DNA of 64,000 bases. Origin: Neoconidiobolus thromboides FSU 785. Lineage: Eukaryota; Fungi; Entomophthoromycota. Shown here in pieces: positions 40,323 to 52,294 of the stretch. The stretch lies in NCBI GenBank assembly GCA_025603075.1, contig MU626337.1, positions 27,689 through 91,688 of the forward strand. Reading direction: 5' to 3'. The translations under genes and the position numbers were made by a program. Each line of letters begins with the position of its first letter. Within the stretch, counting starts at the first letter, position 1. Under the pieces are notes generated by a model that was not told the origin of the DNA, ran no database searches, and saw only the letters and a list, made by a program, of their open reading frames with translations.

Positions 40323-40591
40323 ATATGATGTATGGCGATCTTTTTTGGTTTTACTACTTTCTCTATTTTTTAAATACTATCGAACATAAATAAGAGTAAA
40401 TTTCTTAAATAAAGAAAACATTTCCATATATAAAATAAAAAGACATATTTTTAACAAAAGTTAAATAACAAAATAGAAAAATTTATAACCAGTATATAAA
40501 AAATTCATCATCGTTTAAAATAAATAATCAACTCAATAGTTGAACTAAATAAAACCTTCTTTATATATTGAAAGTGCAAGTTGATAACTCT

Positions 40592-43490
40592 TTAATTCTG
40601 CTGTTTAGCAACTCTCGAGAATATTGCAAAGAGGTCATTAATTGTAAATTCCAAAGTTATATTAGATCCGGGGTAGCAGGACTTAATAAGTTCACTCATT
40701 TTTTTATGCTGGTTAATAAATTCTTCTTGAATCTCTCTCCATATCACCTGCAATAATCCTTCTTCTTCACTAAAATGTTTTTTAACTCTGGTGTACAAGA
40801 CTAAAATAGATTTTCTAATCTATAATAAAATATGAAAAAAGAGGCAAATAAATAAAAATAAAAATACCTCGTCCGCTGGAAACATACTAATAACTTTCTT
40901 AAGCGCTGTTTTATTATAAGAGTTGTTAAATCCAACTTCTTCAGGAGATCTACTACGGAGAAGTGCTTCGATGCCTTCAAAAAATTCCTAAACAAATGTG
41001 TAAATACAAAGAAGAAATTGTTTGTTATTATGCTTACTAATAATTTCCCTAATGGGCGTTTAATAACGTCTTTAACATAAGCCTGTAAATGTGTGTTATA
41101 TGAGCTACGTGCTTGTTCATTAAAACCTCCAATAGTTGAATTCTTTTTGTATCTCCCAGTTTCCATATAAAAGTAATGCATATTTTCTTAAGAGTCACAT
41201 TATTAACTATATTATCTACTATGAATTGTTTTACCTAAAATGATAATATGAAGATTCAATTGTTCCTTTTCTAAATGCTCGGATTGCTTTGCAGAAACTT
41301 CTAAATTATCAAACATAACATTGACAATTTTTTGATAACATTTATCCATTTGTTGTCGTATAGGGGTTTCTGCACTACCAATAAAGGCCTCCATTCGATT
41401 TAAAAATTCCTAGGTGAGACGTTAGAATAAAATTTATTAATATGTTTATAGTTACTGGGAATGTCTTGAAAAAAGATAGAATACCACTTCTTTTTTTACC
41501 AGAAACTTGTAATTCTTTTATTGCTTTCACTTGTTCATCCTTTCAATAATTTTAAAATAAAATAAACAAAATAATTATAATTCTTACAACATTCTTATCA
41601 AGATGCATACGGAAAAGACTATGCACATTATTTAAGTTTTTTAAAAGAAACTCCTGATTACTGTTTTCACATCTTTCAATAAATGTTTCCGCTTTGACTA
41701 AAAGTACAACCAACAATCTAGAGCCGTTATTTTTAATCCCAATATAGCTAATTAAACTTACGTCCAATCAAATTTAATCAATGTTTCACCAAGGGCGCTT
41801 AACTCTGATGATAAATTCGAGAACATGGTTTCCATATTTTCACTAAAAAAATTAGTATGAACATAAATTAAAATAAAAACAAGTACGAGATTCTTTTACG
41901 GATTTTCACATCATTCTGAGCTTTACGAAGCCCAAGAAGATCAGAATCTTTGATAGGTGCTTGGTATTTTTCCCATTCTCTTACCCATTGTTGAAAATCT
42001 AATGATTTCACCCCAATATGGAACATTAAAGTAAAAAAATTCTGCTCTTTAATAATGTCTGGGAAAATAACGTTTAGTATTTGATTTAAAACCTATTAGA
42101 ATTTTAGTCATGGTTTTAACTTTAGCATATTAAACTTACAACATCAGGTGGTTGTTTTGGGTCTGTAACAATATCTGAGCCAGTTCGACGATGTAAGGTG
42201 GGACCAAGTTTATTTGAGCTTGGATTTGTGAATACTTGAATAGTAGTTTTATTAAATCTATTGAAAAAACAAATCAAAGCTTACAATATTTTACGTCATC
42301 CGTATTAGCTTTCTTCAAAAAGGTTAAACTTCTAAATGTCTCAGAAAGGCCTTTATACTCTGAGCTATAAATATTTCCAACCGCAGCTGAGTAAGCCTAA
42401 TTACAATAAACAAAAAGTAAAGTAATAATATATAGTAATTACATGTTGGAGCTCATTATGCCTACTAGGATCCATTTCACTTAGCCATAACGTTAAACCT
42501 CTAAATTTTGAAAGTTCTTCTTTTATATTTTTCATGTCAATTCTTAATTTTGTGCCTTTTCCTTGACCAGTAAGGGCAGTATTTACCTATCAAAAAATCA
42601 GAGAACTAATCAAAAATAGTTTGGGTAGTTTACTTGATAATTAAACATAACTTTTAAATATTCAAAGGCACGTGATGAGAAATTATTTGCTTGAAGAATG
42701 TTGGCTTCCATTTGCTCGTTTATAACCGACATATCTTTAACACCTTCCTCATAGTTTGTTTTAATGGTTCTCTGTATAGAAGCTGCAGCATCCAAAATTG
42801 TTTTCATACCACCTTCAGTTTCAAATTTAGTTTTTCTAAGTACATCTGCTAAACTATCTGGAACAGAAACTTGTCCCTAAATCAAATTATAATAATGGCT
42901 ATTGTATTAAAGAAACTATACCTACAAGAACTTTTTCAACTTCTTCGAGTAAATTTTGCTGATTACGACTTTGTATTTGTAATGCCTCATTTAAAGATTG
43001 AATTTGAAATATATCATCACCCAATGACTAAGCAAAAGTTAAATATAGATTGAAATATAAAGAAATAATATACATCTAGCTCGGTTTTATATAGCGTCAA
43101 CCAACTGTCCACTCCATCTAATTCATAAATAGCTCTATCTATTCTATCAATAATTGCTTCAACTTGACCATCAGTTTCTAGCACTGCACCTATATTAGCC
43201 TAAAAATCAATGCATTCATATAAGCTTAAGATATATATTATTACTGTTTCTAATAAAGATAATTCATTTAGTAAACCAGACTCAAGTGCTGCTGCATCTT
43301 TTCCAGCTTTCCAATGAAATTCTGTTAAAAGCTCTTCTACATTGATAATCTCGTCATCTTCTCTACCTGCTCCTGGAGTGTTTATATCTACAGTAGTAGA
43401 GTTTGTACTAATATTGGACCTATTCTTTTCCATCTTTTGTGGAATAGTTAAAAATCCTGCCCCACTACCTATATTTCCATTTTTTGTCAT
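40592..43490 (-). CDS. SEC3: Exocyst subunit Sec3 (coiled coil plus Sec3_C), many short introns; N-terminal PH domain apparently absent
   Basis: EELLTEFHW...LESGLLNELSLLE|ANI...WLTLY, Q..N.QNLLEEL, REKEFFYFNVP, HYFYME...YVKDVIKRPLGKLL, KRVKKHFSEEEGLLQVIW. Confidence 0.92.
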
Positions 43491-43591
43491 ATTAATTTTT
43501 ATAAAAACGAATAGATTAAAATTTAAGCCACAATTTTATATGCTCTTTTTAAATTATTAAAACAGATTGAATTCTTTCATTTCGAGTTAAA

Positions 43592-45273
43592 ATGAGTGAT
43601 TATAAAGCGAGGAAAGAAGAATTTGTTAGTGGACTTAAAGGTTCCTCCATAATTTGTGTAGTCTCTCTCGTTTCAACTACTTTGGTAAACTATAAATGAA
43701 TGTTATAAACATAGAAATTAAGCGTTTAAGATTACAGTAGCATTATGGAAAATCGTAGGTGACTTTTTAATTTCGAAAAAAGTTTTAGAAAAGGTGAAAA
43801 CATCAAGTAGCTATTTACATATTTCAAAATGGGCGATTTTCGATTTTATATCATTGGTTCTTCCTCTTCTATTTTTTATGAACGGTTTAAATCATTTAAC
43901 AACCAATTTTAATTTTTTTGGTCTAATAATCATACTGCTGCATATCACTGTTTTTCAAAAAAAATCAAGGAAGGCAACTCATAATGTCTCAAACACCAAC
44001 CAGCCTCAAAATAAAATTCTCAATTTTATTACAGTTTATCGTTCATTGTTGATGATGTTAACTTGTATCGGAATCTTAGCAGTTGATTTCCATACTTTTC
44101 CAAGATTTTTCGCCAAAGCAGAAACCTATGGTTCTTCACTAGTAATTTTTATTAGCTTTATTAAAGTCAAGTTATTTATTTGATAAGATGGATATGGGAG
44201 TCGGAAGTTTTGTATTTAGTTCTGGTATAATCTCTGCAAGGGCAAAAGTGGATTCAAACTCAGGCAAAATTTCAACGTTATGTAAATCGCTTTTTCATTC
44301 AATTCCTTTATGGATTTTAGGAATTATAAGGTTAATTTCAGTAAAAGGCATTGAGTACCAGGTATTGTTAATTAAGCTTGTTCATCGTATCAACTAATGG
44401 ATTGTATTTAATTATTTAGGAACACGTTACTGAATATGGAGTTCATTGGAACTTTTTTTTTACTCTTGGTTGTTTATCAATACCTGTAGTATTAATTGAA
44501 TACCTTTCCATGGGATCTTCATATATTGGTTGGGGAGTATTAACTATCTATCAATTATTGTTAAGTTTTAGCTCATTGGAAAGCTACATTATATCCGATG
44601 TTAGAATACGAGGAGACATAGTATCCATGAACCGAGAAGGTCTATTTTCACTTTGGGGTTAGTTACATATTTTATTTTAAAATTAGTTTTATATAAATTA
44701 GGTTATATTTCAATATTCTTGATTGCTAAGGATGTAGGAAAAGTATTATTTTCAGCTAACAAGGGAAAATCATATACACATCTATGTTCTTATTCCCTAT
44801 TATCTTTAATAATGTTTTGTACTAGCTATTATGTTTTCAACGTTGAAATTTCACGTAGATTGGTGAGATACTTATTTAAAGTTTTATGTTTTGTTAATAT
44901 TTTTAGTGTAACTTTTCTTATGTAGCTTGGGTTTCCGCTATAAATATTATATTAGTTATGGTATTTAGACTACTAGAAGACATTTTGAATATCAAAAAGG
45001 CACCTATCATATTTCAAGCTATTAATTATAATAGCTTGTTTATATTTTTAATTGTAAGTATAATTTTAAATGAATCTTTGTTAATCATAAATCTATTATT
45101 AATTCTAATCTATTTGATAGGCTAATCTTCTTACTGGGCTAGTAAATATAACCGTACCTACTCTCGATGTAAGTGATTTTGTTGCATATGTTATATTAAT
45201 AGGATATATTGGTGCTGTTAATTGTATTTCAATGGTCTTATATTTAAAGCAAATCAAAGTAATTCGCTTTTAA
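43592..45273 (+). CDS. GWT1: GPI inositol acyltransferase Gwt1/PIG-W, multi-exon
   Basis: [47 protein letters not shown]|[20 protein letters not shown]|[29 protein letters not shown]. Confidence 0.95.
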
Positions 45274-45962
45274 TAAAAAGTAAGACTTTATAATAAGAAT
45301 TAAAAGTTGCTAAAATTTACACTGTTGTTTTCTGCTGAGACTATTTATTATAAAGCTAATTATAGTATATTTATTTTGATTGTTAAAATTATTTCAAAAA
45401 TGTATATCTGTTGATATTAAAGCTTTGATTTAGTAATATTGATAAAACTAATTTACACAAAATGAGTTTAATTAATCTCCAAATAACATACATATTGTCT
45501 TTTTCTTTATACTGTTTCTATTTTTTAAGTCCAAAATTATAATAAATTATTAGCTATATTAACAATCCAAAAAATATATACACAAATTATAAACACAATT
45601 TAATATTGTTAATAGCTTAAACTACCCTATTAATATTTATAACGAATATTACATGTCTTTTAGTTTTCTTATTTGACATATTATTAATAGTATATTTTTA
45701 TGATTTTTAATTTACAAATATTATTCTTATAGTATAATAGTTAATAAAAAATCTAAAAAGCAAACGAATAAGTTAAATAATTTAAAAGCGTTACTGTTTA
45801 TTCTTAATTCCAGTTAAATATTTTTATCTGACAATATAGAATAATAGGGGTAAGATAATGAAAAATACTTAAAAGTAAAAATATAAATTCGTTTAAGGCT
45901 GTGATTAAAAGTGTTGTGATCAATAGTACGATATTTTAAATTGTAGTATTACAATCGATGGT

Positions 45963-47174
45963 CTAAGGGTAGGGTTTAAAATTAGTGATCGGGAATGTAT
46001 GTTCCATAACCTTATCGTTCTCAAATGCTCTACCATTATTTATTGGATCATTTTGATATATATAAGGGCTCTCGCTTGGTGGAATATTAATAGGAATGTT
46101 GATATTATATTGTTTTTCAAGCTTTATCCTTTCAAGTATCAACTCAGTGCGTTTGTACTCTAACTCAAGTTTTCTAATTGCTGCCCATTCTTTATGTTCC
46201 TCATGAGTTAAACGACGTGCCTCGGCTTCAGATTCTAATTGACTTTTGGCAAGTGCCATATAATCTTCATGGATTTTTTTACGATGAGCTAACTTACTTT
46301 CATAATAACCAGAACTGACATCGCTCTTGATAGCTTTTTCCACCCTTTCTGAAGCAGAAGTGTCTGTAGGTTTATCAGTAACATAATGTTGAGGCTCAGT
46401 GTTTATAAAATGAGTGTTAAGCTGGTGGTTAGCTTTACGACCGCGCCTACGACCAGGACCTTCTCTGAAAGTTGAATGTTCAGTTCCCTCGTTTTTAATT
46501 GTTACAATTTGTTCTCCATTTACTATTCTAGTTGTTGGAGAAGATCCTACACCTTCTTCATAACTACGAGCAAATGGCTCAGACTTGGCTTCTTGCTCAT
46601 AAGTTTCTGTACCATGAGTAGAGTAGGCATTTTTACTGGAAGATGGATTTAACTCTTGATCTAAAGGCTCAATATTCTCATTTTGGAAATTAAGTTCTGC
46701 TGGAGAACCAGAATAACTATTTTCATCTAAAGGAACAGGAAACGTACGAACTGCATCTTTGTCTGGATTTTGTAATGAAACGATTTTATCCATTTCATAA
46801 TAATAGCGGAAGATAGATTTGACTTTAGTTTGAGCTGTATCTATTCCAAGCGACAAATCACGTTCGGTGATAGGAATTCCTTGCTTAAGACGTAATTTAG
46901 TTGCTTGGTACTGACTTTCAAGGGAGTTCATTTTGTTATAGATCTGTCTGGAACTTTTTGAAGGGAGGAGCTCAGCTAAAGCTCTAATAGCTTTAGCTTT
47001 AATGCCAAAGTTATATAATTGAACATTACTTGGGTCTTTGAACCAATTAAAGAGGGTATCGATATCTTCATCTGACCACTTAGCACGTTCAGCAAACTGA
47101 CCGTTTAGGTTATCATTGGAAAGATACATATTAGTTGGTTTAGAATAAACTTGGGTGGTAGTTTCGTCGTCCAT
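45963..47174 (-). CDS. Myb/SANT-like (trihelix-type) N-terminal domain protein with a C-terminal coiled coil
   Basis: Intronless 403 aa; WSDEDIDTLFNW...QIYNKMNSLESQY...YYEMDKI resembles Myb/SANT-like domains; LELEYKRTELILERIKLE coiled coil. Confidence 0.7.
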   Translation of the reverse strand: MDDETTTQVYSKPTNMYLSNDNLNGQFAERAKWSDEDIDTLFNWFKDPSNVQLYNFGIKAKAIRALAELLPSKSSRQIYNKMNSLESQYQATKLRLKQGIPITERDLSLGIDTAQTKVKSIFRYYYEMDKIVSLQNPDKDAVRTFPVPLDENSYSGSPAELNFQNENIEPLDQELNPSSSKNAYSTHGTETYEQEAKSEPFARSYEEGVGSSPTTRIVNGEQIVTIKNEGTEHSTFREGPGRRRGRKANHQLNTHFINTEPQHYVTDKPTDTSASERVEKAIKSDVSSGYYESKLAHRKKIHEDYMALAKSQLESEAEARRLTHEEHKEWAAIRKLELEYKRTELILERIKLEKQYNINIPINIPPSESPYIYQNDPINNGRAFENDKVMEHTFPITNFKPYP

Positions 47175-47690
47175 CTTAGTTTTGATAAAAAAATTAAAAA
47201 TAAAATAAAATAAAATTACTTTTTCAGTTATTAAATTTAAAAAGAATAATTAATTAATAATTATAATACAGCTATTTATTGGTAATAAATTCATAGCATT
47301 AAAATTTATATTTCTTATTTGTTAAATAAAATATAACATTTAAGCTAATAAAATTAGGTTAAATTTAAATTTATGCAATTTTGTTACAATCCGAAATACA
47401 AAATCTTAAGGCTAACCAATCATTGTCCTTTCGTTTGCAATTTTTCATATATTATAATTATAAAATAATCAAACAACAAATAAAAATTTATTAAATTAGA
47501 TTCAAGGATTGTATTATTAAGTGGTGGGGAAAAAATGTATAATTTGTACCATTTTTAAATTTAATTATAATTATTCTAAAAGCGTTAATATTTTGCAAGA
47601 TATTATTTGTTATCATGATTAAATATGGGAATGTAATATATTATTAATCTAAATTTGTATTTAGTAAAAAAAAGTCATATTATCAAGTAA

Positions 47691-47865
47691 ATTATTTGAT
47701 ATAAATTATTTAATATTGATATAAATTATTTAATATTGATATAAATTGATATTTTAAGAGTTTATTGCATTGAATTTAGATAAGTGTTAAAATTTTATGA
47801 TTTATAATTTTATAATTTTATAACTTTATAACTTTATAATTTTATAACTTTATAATTTTATAAAC
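47691..47865. repeat. AT-only tandem repeats: ~20-bp unit x about 3 and TTTATAA(T/C)-type units x about 7
   Basis: ATAAATTATTTAATATTGAT repeated at about 47691-47752; TTTATAAT/TTTATAAC array at about 47800-47865. Confidence 0.75.
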
Positions 47866-50502
47866 GTTAATGGCTATAGTTTGCTCATGCTTCTAATTAG
47901 TTGAAAACAAATAGAATATTATTAGTTAATTTTAAAATTATAATCACATTTATAAACAGAACAGAACTATTAAAATTTTATAATTAAACTTAGCTAATGA
48001 TTTATATAACTTTGGAGTAATTTAAATGATATCAATGTTAGAATAATTATTTTGCGTCTTTAAATTAATAAATGAAGATTAATGAAGCTATAATACTCAA
48101 TATTAGATTTAATATTACAATAAATATAAATTGATATATAATGTAAAAATTTGAATAAAAGCTTGATAAACTCTAATAAATAAAAAATAACTTTTTTGTT
48201 ATAGTATATAAAACATTTATAATCAAACCACAGTCTTGAATTTATGATCAATAGCATTTTATTTTATATTGTGTATATTCTTAAACAAAATTTTTATAAA
48301 TACTAAAAAATTATAAAGAACACTTTCATATTAAAATTATTCAAAACTGAAATTAAATAAAGTAAAGAACAGAAAACAAAAAACTAGTATAAAGCTATAC
48401 TAATATATCATAGTAACTAAATAACAGTAGCTTATAAATATCATTAAGCCTATTAATATATTGTTCATATTAATATTGAATTATTTATTTATAGGCAATT
48501 ATCTAATCAGCCACTATTACAGCTACTGTAATTTTATTGTGACCTAATTTGCGGTAGTTTTTAAACCCAATTATTTTTTGCTCACTTTCTAAAATTTAAC
48601 ATTAATTTATACATGGGTTTAATAATTTTTTTCTTAAATGAGAAGTTAGCTGAGCTGAAATAGAGTTGCAACATCTGTTTCTTTAATTCAAAGTCAGATA
48701 GATTTAAATTTAGTTTTTAATTTGAATATAATCTAGTTAATTATTTCTCCATTATTCCTTGATTTACCGTATTATTTCTAAAACCTGCTTAAATTGAATA
48801 AAACACTTAGTAATTTTGGTCACGATTCAGAAGCAATGTATAACTTGTTGGTAAGCAAATACTCAGTGTAGTGGAAAATAATCGTAAAATAAACTTTATT
48901 TTATAATCAAGAATTAAAATAGTATCTAATGATGTACTTAGTTTAATAAATCGTAAAAGAATAATGTATTAATTAAAAGAATATATAGCTATTATTTTCA
49001 ATTTCCTTTTATTAATATAACTGGAATCTCATACTAAGATACTATTATGTTTATATTAAATAAGTTGATTATACAGTTTTTGTATAAGGCTTGAATTCTA
49101 GTATTTATTGAGACTTTATAATAGGTAATGTTTTTTAAAGAACAGTTTAAACAAGATGGAATTTGATAATGTCAATGATTCAACCCTAGCCAGATGTATA
49201 AATGCAATACTTCAAAAATAGCAGGTCCTCATAATTTTCTGATGAAAATTATTTTAACTTCAATGATTTGTCTCACTATATTGGGCTTTGAATTCGAACA
49301 CCACGGTTTTTTATAAAATAATAGCATTTATAGTGATTAATTAAAATGGTGTTTAAAAATATGAGTGAGTCTAGTAACGAAACTGGAAAAGTAAACGTTC
49401 AAATGGTTGGAAATTATCAAAAATCATGGAGTGCATTTGTATCACCATTATTGACACTTAAGAGAATGTACTGAGCATCAATAGACCTCTTCCTAATAAT
49501 CAATACAGATGCAGATTGAAAAAAGACTCAAATATAAGGCAGCGACCAAATCGTATAGACATTAAATAAACAACTATAAAAGTAATATTTAAGTTTTTAC
49601 CAACTTACCCGTTTTATACCTAACCTATTCAACCTACACTACCATATATAATTTTATGAGCTGTCTTAAAATTGTTTAACACTTTTGAGTTTTTATTTAA
49701 AAGTAAAACTATGATTGGGGATAAAAGTAAAATGCAAACATTGCAAAGCGAAATAAGTAAATGTTTAATACTTTATTGCTACCACCTCACTAAAAAAACA
49801 AACTGAGAACAGAAAGAGAAAGCAAATATCAACGTCTTTATGGGACTTGATGCTTAATAACTAAAATAGTTGTATATTCGAAATATTTTTATATCTTAAA
49901 AGAAGACTTATAATACATTTTCTATTGGTGATTTTAAAATATAATTGCTGTGATATTTAGTTAAGGCATTAATGTTGTTATAAGCGTCTTTTCTCTCTTC
50001 TCATTTTACATTATAAATGCTAAAAGTGCCAAGATTTTATATGACTATAGATGCTAAACTCCTAGATATTCTTACCGCTACAGTAATGTAAATCCTTTCA
50101 CCTAAAATTGCTATCAGTGATATATCCCAGATAAAAAGCCAAGCTTTTTTTGTCTTTTTTCTAATATGGATAATAATCATTTTTATAATTTACTTAGGGA
50201 ATTCATTTATTCTATTTTATTATAGAATTGTAAACATGGATGTGTTTTTGAGTGTTTTGGTAATAAATAACTTAACTCCTTCATTGGACAGAAAATAGAT
50301 AAATAAACGAAAATAAAAATAATATATCCAAACACTTGATAAAAAAGTGCTTATATTGATGCTGCTATTATATATCATCATCGTTTATTTTATTAATTTA
50401 TCGATTTAATGAATTAAACTATTGGTATATTTTCACACTCTATCAGTATGGTAGTTCTATAAAACCGAAACCACTGTTTATTTATCAACTTTGCTAATTT
50501 TT

Positions 50503-50547
50503 TTATCAATAAAGATAAATTAATACTAGTAATATACTCATATAAAA
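50503..50547 (+). promoter_or_regulatory. TTATC-N6-GATAA inverted GATA pair plus TATA box of paralog A
   Basis: TTATC AATAAA GATAA at 50503-50518; TATAAAA at 50541-50547. Confidence 0.65.
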
Positions 50548-50581
50548 GCAATGTAGCAAATTTAAAAAACAACATCAAAAA

Positions 50582-50974
50582 ATGAACAAATTTTTATTAA
50601 ATACCGTTGTTTTAGCTTTTATCGTTACCGTTTCTTCGCTTCCAGCATCAAGTGGTAATTACTTAGCCAAACGTGGCTTTAATTCTTTCTCTCCTTGCTA
50701 TGGATATGGCAGCGGTTTCAATAATTTCTATCCTGGCTATGGACTTGGTGGTTTTAATGGATATGGAGGATATGGAGGATTTAATAATTTTGGCTCGTTT
50801 GGCTTCCCAGGTGTAATTAATAATAATGCTTTCAATGCTAATGCTAATAACTTTAATGCACACGAGTTTGATCGTAATAAGGAGGCAGCTGTATTTGTTG
50901 ATAATGTACACAAAAACGATGTAAATGCCAACCATTTCAATGTTAATAAGCAAAATAATGCTGCTATCATCTGA
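50582..50974 (+). CDS. Secreted Gly/Asn/aromatic-rich small protein, paralog A
   Basis: Signal peptide, LAKR dibasic site, GYG/GGFN repeats, conserved C-terminal ...FDRNKEAAVFVDNVHK...AAII. Confidence 0.92.
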   Translation: MNKFLLNTVVLAFIVTVSSLPASSGNYLAKRGFNSFSPCYGYGSGFNNFYPGYGLGGFNGYGGYGGFNNFGSFGFPGVINNNAFNANANNFNAHEFDRNKEAAVFVDNVHKNDVNANHFNVNKQNNAAII

Positions 50975-51143
50975 GTTTGTTGTAAAACTTAAAAAATAAA
51001 CATTTAAACTTTAAAATCATTTCTATTACGTTTTTTGAATATTAGTGATTTTTAATATGAAATTCGTAAGTTCAAACATTATTATATACACTCTTAGTTT
51101 ACATAAAAAACAGAGTTCTTTAGGTTCAAAAAAGAAATATATA

Positions 51144-51229
51144 TATGTTTTTTTTGGCTTTACTTTTTCTATCTTTTAAGTGCTATTTGAGTAGAAAGAT
51201 GGAAAAAACAGAGCCAAAAGAACACCCTC
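51144..51229. mobile_element. Chimeric MITE copy 14 carrying two right ends
   Basis: About 55 bp of minus-orientation element switches at GAAAGAT into a plus-orientation right end GGAAAAAACAGAGCCAAAAGAACACCCTC, followed by ATAT. Confidence 0.7.
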
Positions 51230-51556
51230 ATATCTAATTCTATTCAGTAGATCAAAACCCTCCTACTATTTTACCATCGCCTCATCTGATCAGTATTATA
51301 AACAATTTCCAGGTTGACTCCAACTTGAAGTAGTCTTATTGTTTCTTCACTATCTCATCTACTTGATCTATCGAATCTTTATCAATTAAGGGATGTTTTG
51401 AATTTTTTACGTCAATAAAAGTATAATATAATAAAGCATCATTCTTTAATATCTTATGCTTTGAAGCTTTATTAGTATCAGCATTCGGTAGACACTTGTT
51501 ATATTTAACTATTTAATGATAGAAATTCAGTAATTTTACGACTTTGTTTAGTATTT

Positions 51557-51653
51557 AAGGATGTTTTCCTTGATTTTATCACTTTTTCCATTTTTCGAGT
51601 GTTGTTTGAATGGAAAGATTTAGTAAAATTTTTAAACAAAAAAATATATCCTC
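51557..51653 (-). mobile_element. MITE copy 15
   Basis: Diverged full-length copy; target duplication ATTT/ATTT. Confidence 0.82.
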
Positions 51654-51868
51654 ATTTTAACTCTTTATCAAATAACTAATACAACCATATAACACAAATT
51701 ACGATAAATTAAATTAGATACTGAATTTCATGATAGCTTGGCATTTAATGTCAAGTATTTGATATATTTAACACAATGAAAGTGAATAAAACAATACCAT
51801 TAAAAGTATCTAAATTGAAAGTTTAGTCGTTTTAATTAATGAGTTATTAATCAAGTTTGAAATTTCTT

Positions 51869-51912
51869 CTATCAATGTAGATAAATTAAGTTGATAATAT
51901 ACTCATATAAAA
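51869..51912 (+). promoter_or_regulatory. CTATC-N6-GATAA plus TATA box of paralog B
   Basis: CTATC AATGTA GATAA at 51869-51884; TATAAAA at 51906-51912. Confidence 0.62.
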
Positions 51913-51946
51913 AGAATGGGACAAATATTCAAAATAGCATCGAAAA

Positions 51947-52294
51947 ATGAACCAAATTTTATTAAATACCATTATTTTAGCTTTTGTTGCTACCATCTCT
52001 TCCGTTCCAGCATCAAGTGATAGTCGCTTATCCAGAAGAAGCTTCAACTCTTTTTATCCAGGTTATGGACTTGGTGGGTTTAATGGAGGGTATGGTGGAT
52101 TCAATAACTTTGGTTCTTTTGGATTTCCGGCTGTTATTAATAACAATGCTTTCAATGCTAATGCCAATCATTTCAATGCTAACGAATTTGACCGTAATAA
52201 AAAGGCAGCTGTATTTGTTGATAATGTACACAAAAATGATGTAAATGCCAACCATTTCAATGTTAATAAGCAAAACAATGCTGCTATCATCTGA
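51947..52294 (+). CDS. Secreted Gly/Asn/aromatic-rich small protein, paralog B
   Basis: Signal peptide, LSRR site, same conserved C-terminal domain as A. Confidence 0.92.
   Translation: MNQILLNTIILAFVATISSVPASSDSRLSRRSFNSFYPGYGLGGFNGGYGGFNNFGSFGFPAVINNNAFNANANHFNANEFDRNKKAAVFVDNVHKNDVNANHFNVNKQNNAAII

Noticed and set aside
49150-49570. Coding-like stretch upstream of the peptide cluster, as a possible tailoring-enzyme relic
   Set aside because: Multiple stops, no recognisable motif, and no similarity to the cluster paralogs.
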